Shown here: piece after piece, positions 26,191-35,701 of the stretch
Layout: each line of letters begins with the position of its first letter
Position numbering within the stretch: the stretch's first letter is position 1
DNA from: Bacteroidota bacterium
GTDB taxonomy: Bacteria > Bacteroidota > Bacteroidia > Flavobacteriales_D > Crocinitomicaceae
Direction of reading: 5' to 3'
Assembly (NCBI GenBank): GCA_039800565.1
Contig: JBDLQL010000008.1
Location: forward strand, 32,013 to 96,012
Length of the DNA: 64,000 nt
The notes under the pieces: generated by a model
What the model was told of the DNA's origin: nothing
The model's database searches: none
What the model saw: the letters and a program-made list of their open reading frames with translations, nothing else
Position numbers and translations under genes: made by a program

Positions 26191-27558
26191 TTAAAAATTA
26201 AAATCAGCACTTTTTTCGAGAATGGCTTCCATGATGGCTTCGCTTTCCCAGTTTTGTTCGATGCCAGGAAGTTGCATAATTTCGTCCATGATGTCGCGCT
26301 GGCGCTTCCCTTGTGCATAGGCATCGGCATAAGGAATGTTACTGAATGTTACTTGCGAATAAAGGGGCAACCAATTGTTCGGATGAAGTGCGCTAAACTT
26401 TGCCTCGATTTTTTTACGCAACAAAAACGAAGGGTCTGCTACTAAATCGCGCATTTCGATGTAGTTTTCGAGCGAAAGGTCTTGGAGTGCATCGCCATTG
26501 GGTTTGCGAAGCGGGCTGTAGTGCTTAAAAATTTCAGACCAATCGTGATTGTATTGATGCATGAGCTCGTTCATGACACGACAGTCTTCAAAACCGGCAT
26601 TCATGCCTTGGCCATAAAATGGTACGGTTGCATGAGCGGCATCGCCCATGAGTGCCACTTTGCCAGAAGCCCACGGATAGCAACGAATAATAGCCAGGTT
26701 TGAAAGCGGGTGATCTTCCCATTTACTCGCTATGTCAGGCATCATTTGGTGAAAATCAGGGAAGATTTCCTGAAAGAAACGATCAACAGCTGCTTTAGAA
26801 GTTAATTTGTCGAATGAAAATTCATGCCCTTCGTGTGGCATAAATAAGGTGCAAGTAAACGAAGCATCTTCATTGGCTAATGCAATCAGCATAAATCGAC
26901 CTCTTGGCCATATGTGCAAGGCATTTTTATCCATTTTGTATGTACCATCAGAATTGGCCGGTAATAAGATTTCGCGGTAGCCATCAGCAATATAGTTTTG
27001 GCTGTATTGGAAACGGTCTTTCTTTTGCATCGAATGGTAGCGAACCGCACTAAATGCACCATCTGCTGCAAACACCACATCGGCTTTGGCTTCAAATTGT
27101 TCGTTGGTTTCGGTATGACGCAAATAGGCAATGGCATTTTCTAAATCGACACGCATGCACTCGGTGTTGTAGTGAATGGTGGCTTTACCATGTGTTTCGG
27201 CGATGTCCATCATGGTGGCATTGATTTTACCGCGCGACACCGAATAAATGGCTTGTCCTTCTTTTCCGTATTGTTGGTAAGTAAGTTTTCCGGAGGTGTC
27301 ATGCATCATGCGTCCGTACATCGGAATGGCTATTTTTCGAATTTCATCGCCAACACCAACCGCGTCAAGGGCTGTCCAGCCACGGACCGAAAGGGCTAAA
27401 TTGATGGATTTTCCGGCGCTAATTTCTGCTTTACGGATGTCTGGCCTGCGTTCAAAAATGGTGACTTTGTACCCTGCTTTTGCTAAGTAAACTGCCCACA
27501 AAGAGCCGACCAAACCGGCGCCGATAATGATTGCTTCACGTTGTTGTTCCATACACAA
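26191..27558 (-). CDS. kmo: Kynurenine 3-monooxygenase (FAD-dependent)
   Basis: 455 aa. Rossmann motif IIIGAGLVGSLWAVYLAKAGYKVTIFERRPD, ADGAFSAVR and LMGDAAHATVPFYGQGMNAGFEDC. Confidence 0.85.
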   Translation of the reverse strand: MCMEQQREAIIIGAGLVGSLWAVYLAKAGYKVTIFERRPDIRKAEISAGKSINLALSVRGWTALDAVGVGDEIRKIAIPMYGRMMHDTSGKLTYQQYGKEGQAIYSVSRGKINATMMDIAETHGKATIHYNTECMRVDLENAIAYLRHTETNEQFEAKADVVFAADGAFSAVRYHSMQKKDRFQYSQNYIADGYREILLPANSDGTYKMDKNALHIWPRGRFMLIALANEDASFTCTLFMPHEGHEFSFDKLTSKAAVDRFFQEIFPDFHQMMPDIASKWEDHPLSNLAIIRCYPWASGKVALMGDAAHATVPFYGQGMNAGFEDCRVMNELMHQYNHDWSEIFKHYSPLRKPNGDALQDLSLENYIEMRDLVADPSFLLRKKIEAKFSALHPNNWLPLYSQVTFSNIPYADAYAQGKRQRDIMDEIMQLPGIEQNWESEAIMEAILEKSADFNF

Positions 27559-27584
27559 ATGTAAGGACTAAATTGACGCAAAAA

Positions 27585-28511
27585 TCAGTGCTTTAAAAAT
27601 TGAATGTTGCGTTTGAGACCGCTGTATTTGCTGCGTTTCACTGCACTGTTTTGAAACAATTGCCGGTAAGTTTCTTCGCTCAATTCTTCCCATTCATTTT
27701 TGGACAAGTTCAATAAATCGGGTGTGGGTTGAAAGGCCGCTTCCTGGTGTGCTTTTGAAAAGCGATTCCATGGACATACGTCTTGACACACATCACAGCC
27801 AAACATCCAGTTGTCGAGTTTTCCGGCAAATTCTTTTGGCAAAAGGGCGTCTTTTAATTCGATGGTAAGGTAAGAAATACACTTTGAGGCATCGATTTGA
27901 TAAGGAGCAACGAGCGCATCGGTTGGGCACGCGTCGATGCAACGCGTACAGGTGCCGCAATAATCTTTTAACGGGCCATCGGGTTCGAGTTCTAAGTCGG
28001 TTAATAATTCTGCAATAAAGAAAAAACTTCCGTGTTTTGGATGGATCAAGTTGGTGTTTTTGCCCATCCAGCCGAGCCCTGCTTTTTTCGCCCACACCTT
28101 ATCCATTACAGGCGCCGAATCGACAAAGCCACGACCTTGAACTTCACCAATTTCTTTATGTACGTGAGCCATGAACTGCCGTAATTTGTCTTTTATCACG
28201 TAGTGATAATCTTGCCCATAGGCATATTTTGAAAGCTTTGGAGCATCGGAATCTTGTTGTCCTTGCTCCGGATAATAATTGAGTAAGAGCGAAATAATTG
28301 TTTTGGTGCCTGGCTCAAGTAAACGGGGGTCTAGGCGCTTGTCAAAATGATTGGCCATGTAGCTCATGCTGCCATGAGCTTTTTGATCGAGCCATTGGGT
28401 AAGTCGGGGTGCTTCTTCTTCTAAAAATGCTGCTTTTGAAAAGCCAATATGGAAAAATCCGAGCTCGTGGGCAGTGGCTTTTAAAAACGACTTATAGCGC
28501 TCGTGTTTCAT
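27585..28511 (-). CDS. queG: Epoxyqueuosine reductase
   Basis: 308 aa. Two 4Fe-4S motifs: [13 protein letters not shown] and [11 protein letters not shown]. Confidence 0.9.
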   Translation of the reverse strand: MKHERYKSFLKATAHELGFFHIGFSKAAFLEEEAPRLTQWLDQKAHGSMSYMANHFDKRLDPRLLEPGTKTIISLLLNYYPEQGQQDSDAPKLSKYAYGQDYHYVIKDKLRQFMAHVHKEIGEVQGRGFVDSAPVMDKVWAKKAGLGWMGKNTNLIHPKHGSFFFIAELLTDLELEPDGPLKDYCGTCTRCIDACPTDALVAPYQIDASKCISYLTIELKDALLPKEFAGKLDNWMFGCDVCQDVCPWNRFSKAHQEAAFQPTPDLLNLSKNEWEELSEETYRQLFQNSAVKRSKYSGLKRNIQFLKH

Positions 28512-28512
28512 G

Positions 28513-29535
28513 TCAGAAAAGGCCGCCTTGCGCCCAGCCGAGGTCTTTACCGAGGTGCTTATACGACTTTTCGGTCGCTTTGCGTCCGCGCGGCGTCCGC
28601 ATTAAAAAACCTTCTTGAATTAAGAAGGGCTCATAGACTTCTTCAAGGGTACCTGCATTTTCGCCGATAGCTGTTGCAATTGTAGACAAACCAACCGGGC
28701 CGCCATTGAATTTGTCGATGAGTACTTTCAAAATGCGAATGTCCATTTCGTCAAGTCCGTTTGCATCGACATTCAGGGCTTTCAATGCAAATTCTGTAAT
28801 CGCTTCATCGATATGGCCGCTCCCTTTGATCTGCGCAAAATCGCGCACGCGACGCAAGAGTGCATTGGCAATTCGCGGTGTGCCGCGGCTTCGGCTTGAA
28901 ATTTTAAAAGCAGCCGCTTGGTCAATGCCGATTTGAAGTAAGGTAGCCGAACGTTCGACAATTGCGGTAAGTGTCTCGGAGTCGTAATACTCAAGGCGGG
29001 CATTGATGCCAAAACGAGCGCGAAGCGGCGAAGTAAGCAAGCCAGAGCGCGTGGTTGCACCAATGAGTGTAAATGGGTTCAGGTTGATTTGAATACTGCG
29101 TGCATTGGCCCCGCTATCGAGCATGATGTCAATGACGTAATCTTCCATGGCTGAATACAAGTATTCTTCAACAACCGGACTTAAGCGATGGATTTCGTCG
29201 ATAAACAACACATCGCCAACATTGAGGTTGGTTAGTAAACCGGCTAAATCACCGGGTTTGTCAAGGACGGGGCCTGAAGTGACTTTGAAACCCACTCCAA
29301 GTTCATTGGCAATAATATTGGCAAGCGTGGTTTTACCAAGCCCAGGTGGGCCATGCAATAAAACGTGGTCAAGGGGTTCGTTGCGCAATTGAGCGGCGCG
29401 CACAAAAACCTCAAGGTTTTCGACGACAGAAGGCTGGCCCGCAAAATCTTTTAACGATTTTGGACGTAAGACTTTATCAATCTCTTGCTCGGACTGATTT
29501 GCAGCTTCTTCGCGGTAGTCGAATGCGTCTTCCAT
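28513..29535 (-). CDS. ruvB: Holliday junction branch migration helicase RuvB
   Basis: 340 aa. Walker [10 protein letters not shown], Walker [10 protein letters not shown] and RTPRGR. Confidence 0.97.
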   Translation of the reverse strand: MEDAFDYREEAANQSEQEIDKVLRPKSLKDFAGQPSVVENLEVFVRAAQLRNEPLDHVLLHGPPGLGKTTLANIIANELGVGFKVTSGPVLDKPGDLAGLLTNLNVGDVLFIDEIHRLSPVVEEYLYSAMEDYVIDIMLDSGANARSIQINLNPFTLIGATTRSGLLTSPLRARFGINARLEYYDSETLTAIVERSATLLQIGIDQAAAFKISSRSRGTPRIANALLRRVRDFAQIKGSGHIDEAITEFALKALNVDANGLDEMDIRILKVLIDKFNGGPVGLSTIATAIGENAGTLEEVYEPFLIQEGFLMRTPRGRKATEKSYKHLGKDLGWAQGGLF

Positions 29536-29564
29536 ATGACAAAATTAGCAAATTCGATGAGATG

Positions 29565-30242
29565 TCAGTGCTGTGCTTGCCAGGCCTGAAGAAGTGCACT
29601 CATGGAATCAAAATGGTAATTGGCAACAGCCAAACGGGGGTTGGGTTCATGACTTAGTTCTGGGATGCAACAGACTTGCATTTGAGCGGCTATTCCGGCA
29701 ATCACTCCGTTAAACGAGTCTTCTATGACCAAACAGTGCATCGGTCGAACCTGTAGTTGTTGAGCGACATGAAGGTAAACCGCCGGATGCGGCTTTCCAT
29801 AGGCTTCGTGTTCGGCTGAATGCACTACATCAAAAAAGTCTTGAATACCAAGGGCGTTTAACACACATGTAATTAAACGGTTTGAAGAAGAGGTAGCTAA
29901 GCCAATTTTAACGTTGTTATTTTTTAAAAAACGCAAGGTTTCGATGACTCCAGGAAGTGGATAGGGATGGGCAAGGATGAGTTCGATAAGCGCATCGATA
30001 ATGGCATTTTCGATGGCTCTTTCGTCGGGCAAGTTCCAGTTTTCATGATGATTCCAAAAATGGATGACTTCATCGAGGCGCAAGCCTACTGTTTTTTGAA
30101 AGTCTTTTTTTGTGAGTCGCGAACCTAAAGAAGAAAAGACCTTTTTCATGGCTATTTTCCAGAGTGGCTCTGAATCAATAAGTACGCCATCCATGTCAAA
30201 AATGATCGCATCAAAGTTTTGGAAAGCAGGAACCTGATTCAT
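29565..30242 (-). CDS. HAD-superfamily phosphatase (beta-phosphoglucomutase/HxpB-like)
   Basis: FDMDGVLIDSE motif I, LATSS motif II and KPHPAVY...IEDSFNG motifs. I prefer the start at MNQVPAF (30242). Confidence 0.85.
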   Translation of the reverse strand: MNQVPAFQNFDAIIFDMDGVLIDSEPLWKIAMKKVFSSLGSRLTKKDFQKTVGLRLDEVIHFWNHHENWNLPDERAIENAIIDALIELILAHPYPLPGVIETLRFLKNNNVKIGLATSSSNRLITCVLNALGIQDFFDVVHSAEHEAYGKPHPAVYLHVAQQLQVRPMHCLVIEDSFNGVIAGIAAQMQVCCIPELSHEPNPRLAVANYHFDSMSALLQAWQAQH

Positions 30243-30243
30243 G

Positions 30244-31518
30244 TCAGTCCGCAAGTATAAAAAAACGAACCGTTTCAATCCGACGTTCGCTCATTTTTTC
30301 GACTACCAAGCGGTAGGTGCCCACTTGAACTTCATCGCCAGCAACCGGAAGTCGCTCGAGTTCTTCTAAAATTAAACCGGCAAGTGTGTCATAGGCCTCC
30401 GACTCTTCGAGTTCAAATCCAAAATTGGCGTTCAGCGTTTCGATGTCAAGACGTGCTGAAAATACGTATTCATCGGCAGAGATCTGTTCTTGCAACAGGG
30501 CTTCTTTATCGTGTTCGTCTTGAATTTCACCAAAAATTTCTTCAATGACATCTTCAAGCGTGATGATACCTGCAGTGCCTCCGTATTCGTCGGTGACCAC
30601 GGCAAAATTCCCGGCTTGTTTCGTAAATTTTTCTAAAAGTTCTTTGCCTGTAATGACTGTCGGAACAAAGCTAATGGGCTTTAGGATCTGCTTAATTGAA
30701 CTTGGTTGGTGAAACAGATCAAACGAATGGATGTAGCCAATAATGTTGTCGATATCGCCACGGTAAATGATCAGTTTCGACAAGCCTTTTTTTATTAATA
30801 ATTCGCGCGCTTCTTCAATGCTGTCATCGATATCGAGCGCAATTATTTCAGGCCTAGGGATCATGCAGTCTCGGGCTTTTACGTTCGAGAAATCGAGGGC
30901 ATTGCGCAAAATCTGCATGTCATTGCCAAGTTCTTCTTCGTCTGTCAGTTTGGCGCTTAATTCATCGACATAGTCGGCGAGGTCAACTTTTGAAAAAACA
31001 CGTTGGCTTTCTTCTTGTGCCGAGCCCATGAGGCGTAAAAAAATGGCACTAAGAAAGAGGATAAATTGTGTGGGGATAAAAAGGATAATGTAAAGCAATA
31101 GCATCGGATACATGCCGATGTCGAGTGCGCGATTTGGATTGAGTTGAACCAAGGCTTTGGGCAAAAACTCGGCAGTTACCAATACAATGAGTGTCGAGGT
31201 AATCGTTTGTAAAATTAACAACACGACTTCATCGCGCAAGCCAAGTTGCATAAAACCTTCATTGAGTACGGCGCCTGCTGCAATTCCATAGACCACCAAC
31301 GCAACGTTGTTACCCAATAAAAGCAAGGCAATCATGTTGCTTTCCTTGCGGTAAAAAATAGAAAGCACCTTGCTTTGGATGCCTTTATTTTTGCGCAGCA
31401 CTTCAATGCGCAAGCGATTGGCAGAAAGGTAGGCCAATTCCATAGCTGAGGTAAATGCTGAAAACAGCAAAGACCCAAAAATTAAAAGCAATTGGCTACT
31501 CATTGGCTTAGCGCTCAA
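30244..31518 (-). CDS. CNNM/hemolysin-family membrane protein (DUF21 + CBS pair + CorC_HlyC)
   Basis: 424 aa. Four N-terminal TM helices, a CBS pair and a C-terminal TLAGLILEELERLPVAGDEV motif. A GldE assignment cannot be made from sequence alone. Confidence 0.85.
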   Translation of the reverse strand: MSAKPMSSQLLLIFGSLLFSAFTSAMELAYLSANRLRIEVLRKNKGIQSKVLSIFYRKESNMIALLLLGNNVALVVYGIAAGAVLNEGFMQLGLRDEVVLLILQTITSTLIVLVTAEFLPKALVQLNPNRALDIGMYPMLLLYIILFIPTQFILFLSAIFLRLMGSAQEESQRVFSKVDLADYVDELSAKLTDEEELGNDMQILRNALDFSNVKARDCMIPRPEIIALDIDDSIEEARELLIKKGLSKLIIYRGDIDNIIGYIHSFDLFHQPSSIKQILKPISFVPTVITGKELLEKFTKQAGNFAVVTDEYGGTAGIITLEDVIEEIFGEIQDEHDKEALLQEQISADEYVFSARLDIETLNANFGFELEESEAYDTLAGLILEELERLPVAGDEVQVGTYRLVVEKMSERRIETVRFFILAD

Positions 31519-32788
31519 GTACGTCTAGCCCGATGTCGCGTCTGAAATAGGCGTCATCGTAGCTAATTTTCTGAATCGATTCGTAACTACGTTCTAGGGC
31601 ACTTTCAAGGTTTTTGCCATAAGACGTGACTGCCAACACACGGCCGCCATTGGTAAGTACAGATGGGCCATCAGCAATGGTGCCTGCATGAAACACCAAG
31701 CTGTCCATGATGTTATTGAGCCCGTAAATGGTTTTGCCTTTTTCGTAAGGTCCTGGATAGCCTCCCGCAACCATCATGACGGTCGCTGCACTTTTGTCAA
31801 TAAATTGAATGTCGCGTTCAGATAACGTATTGGATGCAACACCTTCAAACAAATCCAAAATGTCCGATTGCAAACGCGGCATTACTACCTCGGTTTCTGG
31901 ATCGCCCATGCGGCAATTGTATTCGATGACATACGGATCGCCTTTGACGCTGATGAGCCCGAAAAAGACAAAGCCTTTGTAGGTGATTTTTTCGGCTTTT
32001 AAACCTTTGATGGTCGGGACAACAATGCGATTGAGCACTTTGTCCATGAAAGCGGCGTCGGCAAAAGGTACGGGCGAAATTGCGCCCATGCCACCCGTAT
32101 TAAGACCGGTGTCACCTTCGCCAATTCGTTTGTAATCTTTTGCTTCGGGCAATAATTTAAACGATTCGCCATCGGTTAATGCAAACACTGATAGTTCGAT
32201 GCCATCTAGAAACTGCTCGATGACCACTTTGGCACTTGCAGCACCAAACTTTTCTTCAAGAAGCATTTCTTGCAGTTCTTGCTTTGCTTCCTCGAGATCT
32301 GAAATAATGAGTACTCCTTTTCCTGCGGCTAGGCCGTCGGCTTTAAGGACGTAAGGACCTTTCATGTTTTCAAGAAAGCGAATGCCATCGGCCAACGTTT
32401 GAGCGGTAAATGTCCCGTATTTGGCGGTTGGGATATTGTGGCGCGCCATAAAAGCTTTTGCAAAATCTTTGCTGCCTTCAAGTTGGGCACCAAATTGACT
32501 TGGTCCAATAACAGCTACTTTTTTAAGTTGCTCATCGGCTTGAAAATAATCGTAGATTCCTTTAACGAGCGGTTCTTCAGGCCCAACAACGACCATGTTT
32601 ATGTGTTGCTCGAGCACAAATTGTTTGATGCCTTCAAAGTCGGTTGCTGAAATAGCGACGTTTTTACCGTGTTTTTTAGTGCCGGCATTACCTGGCGCAA
32701 TGTATAATTCGTCAAGGATCGAACTTTGAGCAATTTTCCAAGCGATGGCGTGTTCGCGTCCGCCGGATCCTAGTAACAAGACATTCAT
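31508..32788 (-). CDS. purD: Phosphoribosylamine--glycine ligase
   Basis: 426 aa. MNVLLLGSGGREHAIAWK, KADGLAAGKGV and EYNCRMGDPE. Confidence 0.95.
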   Translation of the reverse strand: MNVLLLGSGGREHAIAWKIAQSSILDELYIAPGNAGTKKHGKNVAISATDFEGIKQFVLEQHINMVVVGPEEPLVKGIYDYFQADEQLKKVAVIGPSQFGAQLEGSKDFAKAFMARHNIPTAKYGTFTAQTLADGIRFLENMKGPYVLKADGLAAGKGVLIISDLEEAKQELQEMLLEEKFGAASAKVVIEQFLDGIELSVFALTDGESFKLLPEAKDYKRIGEGDTGLNTGGMGAISPVPFADAAFMDKVLNRIVVPTIKGLKAEKITYKGFVFFGLISVKGDPYVIEYNCRMGDPETEVVMPRLQSDILDLFEGVASNTLSERDIQFIDKSAATVMMVAGGYPGPYEKGKTIYGLNNIMDSLVFHAGTIADGPSVLTNGGRVLAVTSYGKNLESALERSYESIQKISYDDAYFRRDIGLDVLER

Positions 32789-33474
32789 GAGCAGTGTGCT
32801 AAAATTGATTCAAAAATGCGCAAACCATCGGTGTTGTTTAAGTGTGCATCGGCCGCACGTTCTGGATGGGGCATCATGCCAAACACATTTTTAGTTTTGT
32901 TGGTAATTCCTGCGATGTCAAGCATGGAACCATTTGGGTTGCTGTCTTGGCTAGCCACACCGGTGGCGTCGCAGTAGGTAAATAAAATTTGGTCGTTGTC
33001 TTGAATGGACTTAAGTGTAGCTTCGTCGGCATAAAAACGCCCTTCGCCATGCGCAATCGGAATTTTGTAAGCTTGATTGGGGTTTAAGTCAATGCTAGGA
33101 GCGGCACTTTTGCTCTGTGGCTTGAGGTGTACATTTTTACAAATGAACTTTTGGGTGTTATTGTGAAGAAGCGCACCTTCTAACAAGCCTGATTCAGTTA
33201 AAATCTGAAACCCGTTGCAAATCCCCATCACGTAGCCACCTTTATTGGCATGGGCCATTACACTATTCATAATCGGTGAAAATTTGGCAATGGCTCCAGA
33301 ACGAAGGTAGTCTCCGTAAGAAAAGCCACCGGGTAACACGACAAAGTCAACGCTTTGTAAGTCGGTGTCTTTGTGCCAAAGTTCAACTACCTGTTGTCCC
33401 ATTAAATCGCGCAAAACATAAATCATGTCTTGATCGCAATTTGATCCCGGGAAAGTTACAACGCCAAATTTCAT
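32785..33474 (-). CDS. purQ: Phosphoribosylformylglycinamidine synthase, glutaminase subunit
   Basis: 229 aa. FPGSNCD, GICNGFQIL (catalytic Cys) and MMPHPER. Confidence 0.95.
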   Translation of the reverse strand: MKFGVVTFPGSNCDQDMIYVLRDLMGQQVVELWHKDTDLQSVDFVVLPGGFSYGDYLRSGAIAKFSPIMNSVMAHANKGGYVMGICNGFQILTESGLLEGALLHNNTQKFICKNVHLKPQSKSAAPSIDLNPNQAYKIPIAHGEGRFYADEATLKSIQDNDQILFTYCDATGVASQDSNPNGSMLDIAGITNKTKNVFGMMPHPERAADAHLNNTDGLRIFESILAHCS

Positions 33475-33518
33475 AGATGTGTGTGTTTAATGATGTGCAA
33501 AAGTAGTTAAAAGTCAAG

Positions 33519-34490
33519 TCAGAGCTGGTACAAAATCACAAAATTTGCGAAGGAAAACAGCAAGACGCCATAAAAAAGTAAATGGGCTAAAATCCCGTAA
33601 CCACTGCTCATGATCGCATAGGTAAAGTAAAAGGAAATCGGCAAAATGATGAAGCTAAACAAACTGAAGTTGCCAGAAGCGACAAAAAGAAAACCGCCGA
33701 TGACCACCAGAGAAATGAAAAACACATTAAAGAGCTGTATTTGTTTTTTCAAACGCAGCGAAGCTTTGTTAAGGCGTGTATTTAGCCCCAACAAGCTGAC
33801 AACTGACAGCAGAATAAAAACACCAAAAATGCTCCAGTTGAGCCAGTGAATTGGCGCAAATGTTAAGGGTGGGAGAAGTGCCTTCCAGTTGAGCTGCCAC
33901 GCACAAAGGTAAGAGGTGAGCATCCAGTAAGAGAGGGGTAATAAAAGGCCGATGACACTTAAGAACCATTCCCTGAAATTAAAAGGCCGAATGCTAAAAA
34001 TCATCCACCAAACAAATGCAATGAGGTACAGCAAGTAAGGTTCAAACAAGGCGGCAATTCCTAAAAACAAGCTGGCATTGAAGATTTGCTTACGGGCATC
34101 GGTATTTTGTCGGATTTGAAAAAAGGAAGCTAAGGCCAAAATGCTAAAGAAGTGGGCGCATAGGATCCATTCTGGATTGCCAAACGGAACAAAAAAACTA
34201 CTAAAGATGAGGTAATTTAAGCTAATTAGAAAGGCGTTTTTGTCAAGAAATTCGTGGCTATTAAACACCCAATTTAAGACGATGGAATTGAGTAAAATAA
34301 GCCCGAATTGACCAAGTAAAATTAGGGGTCTTGCCCAGTGAATCGGGGCAAACCAAAAATCGTGTTGGTCGCGGATTTTGACAAGAAAAAGATTCGGATG
34401 CAAGATGCCGATTTCGAGGTAGTAGATACCAAGAAAAACAGGCAATAAAAACAGGACCCAAACCCGATTATCTGAAAACAAGCGTATCAC
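33519..34490 (-). CDS. Hypothetical polytopic membrane protein
   Basis: 323 aa with about 9 hydrophobic helices and a GTG start. No motif I recognise. Confidence 0.55.
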   Translation of the reverse strand: MIRLFSDNRVWVLFLLPVFLGIYYLEIGILHPNLFLVKIRDQHDFWFAPIHWARPLILLGQFGLILLNSIVLNWVFNSHEFLDKNAFLISLNYLIFSSFFVPFGNPEWILCAHFFSILALASFFQIRQNTDARKQIFNASLFLGIAALFEPYLLYLIAFVWWMIFSIRPFNFREWFLSVIGLLLPLSYWMLTSYLCAWQLNWKALLPPLTFAPIHWLNWSIFGVFILLSVVSLLGLNTRLNKASLRLKKQIQLFNVFFISLVVIGGFLFVASGNFSLFSFIILPISFYFTYAIMSSGYGILAHLLFYGVLLFSFANFVILYQL

Positions 34491-34616
34491 AATACGAAGG
34501 TATCAAAAGTCTGTGAGGACAGAGGCTGATTGTGAATAAGTCAAGTCGATTGTTTAAAATCTGTGAAATTGATGTTAAATCCATCAATTTGCAGTTCAAT
34601 AGTATGTGAAAAATGA

Positions 34617-34624
34617 TATATTTG
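34617..34624 (+). promoter_or_regulatory. -7 box TATATTTG for the dksA-like/lspA operon
   Basis: The motif G lies 31 nt upstream of ATG 34655. Confidence 0.45.
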
Positions 34625-34654
34625 CTTTTCTCAACACCTCAGAACTTTTGACTT

Positions 34655-35035
34655 ATGAGTACAGAAAAAAACCGTTATTCAGATGCCGAACTCGATGAGT
34701 TCAAAGACCTTATACTTAAAAAATTAGCCGAGGCACAAGAAGACCTTGATTTGTTAAAAGGCTCTTTGTCACACAACGATGACCACGGTACCGACGATAC
34801 AGGCCGTACCTTTAACATGATGGAAGATGGTTCTGAGACACTTTCACGTGAAGAAGTCGCACAATTGGCTGCACGACAAGAAAAATTCATTCAAAACTTG
34901 CAAGCTGCATTGTTGCGGATTCAAAACAAAACCTATGGCGTATGTCGTGTTTCAGGGGCGCTGATCCCAAAAGAACGCTTGCGTTTAGTGCCGCATGCCA
35001 CCATGAGTATCGATGCTAAAAATGCGCAAAAATAA
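34655..35035 (+). CDS. DksA/TraR-family protein with degenerate (Cys-poor) zinc finger
   Basis: 126 aa. Coiled-coil N-terminal part, then YGVCRVSGALIPKERLRLVPHATMSIDAK. Only one of the four canonical Cys residues is present. Confidence 0.8.
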   Translation: MSTEKNRYSDAELDEFKDLILKKLAEAQEDLDLLKGSLSHNDDHGTDDTGRTFNMMEDGSETLSREEVAQLAARQEKFIQNLQAALLRIQNKTYGVCRVSGALIPKERLRLVPHATMSIDAKNAQK

Positions 35036-35038
35036 CAC

Positions 35039-35701
35039 GTGAAAAAACCACTTCTCCTCGTATCGCTGCTTGTCGGCATACTCCTTATTCTTGACCAGTG
35101 CGTTAAACTTTACATCAAAACCCATTTCATTCCAGGCCAATACGAGCCGCTGATTGGTAATTGGTTTGCCTTACATTATACCGAAAATCCAGGAATGGCC
35201 TTTGGTCAGACCTTCGGTTCTGGTATGTGGGCCAAACTTTTGCTGAGTATTTTTCGAATGGTAGCCATTGGGTTTATCATTTACTACTTGCTTCGTCAAG
35301 TTAAATCAAAGGCTTCGACTGAGTTTCTGATGGTCATTGGCTTGGTGCTTGCCGGTGCAACAGGCAATCTCATTGATTCACTGTGCTACGATTTCTTTTT
35401 TCCGTTAAATCCTTGCGATGCCTTTAATCAAATGCCGGGCACTGGCAACAAAGGGTTCTGTAAAATGGGGCAATTCCAATACGCTGTCGAGCTCAGGCAT
35501 CATGGATTTTTACTTGGCAATGTGGTTGATATGTTTCAGTTTAGTGTCAGTTGGCCAAGTTGGATGCCTATTTTAAAGGGGCAACAAGTATTTCCGGCCA
35601 TCTGGAATGTTGCCGATGCCTGTATTTCTAGCGGTGTCATTTGGGCCATCATTCGTCAGAAAAAATTCTTCGCCAAAAAGGAAGTGCCCATTCTCGACTA
35701 A
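35039..35701 (+). CDS. lspA: Lipoprotein signal peptidase (signal peptidase II)
   Basis: 220 aa, GTG start. NPGMAFG, GATGNLIDS, VVDMFQF and FNVAD-like WNVADA motifs. Confidence 0.9.
   Translation: MKKPLLLVSLLVGILLILDQCVKLYIKTHFIPGQYEPLIGNWFALHYTENPGMAFGQTFGSGMWAKLLLSIFRMVAIGFIIYYLLRQVKSKASTEFLMVIGLVLAGATGNLIDSLCYDFFFPLNPCDAFNQMPGTGNKGFCKMGQFQYAVELRHHGFLLGNVVDMFQFSVSWPSWMPILKGQQVFPAIWNVADACISSGVIWAIIRQKKFFAKKEVPILD

Noticed and set aside
30244-31518. Calling the CNNM/CBS protein GldE (gliding motility)
   Set aside because: The domain architecture fits both GldE and generic hemolysin-family/CorC proteins. The usual gldD neighbour is absent, since the gene sits between purD and a HAD phosphatase. 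The generic name is kept.
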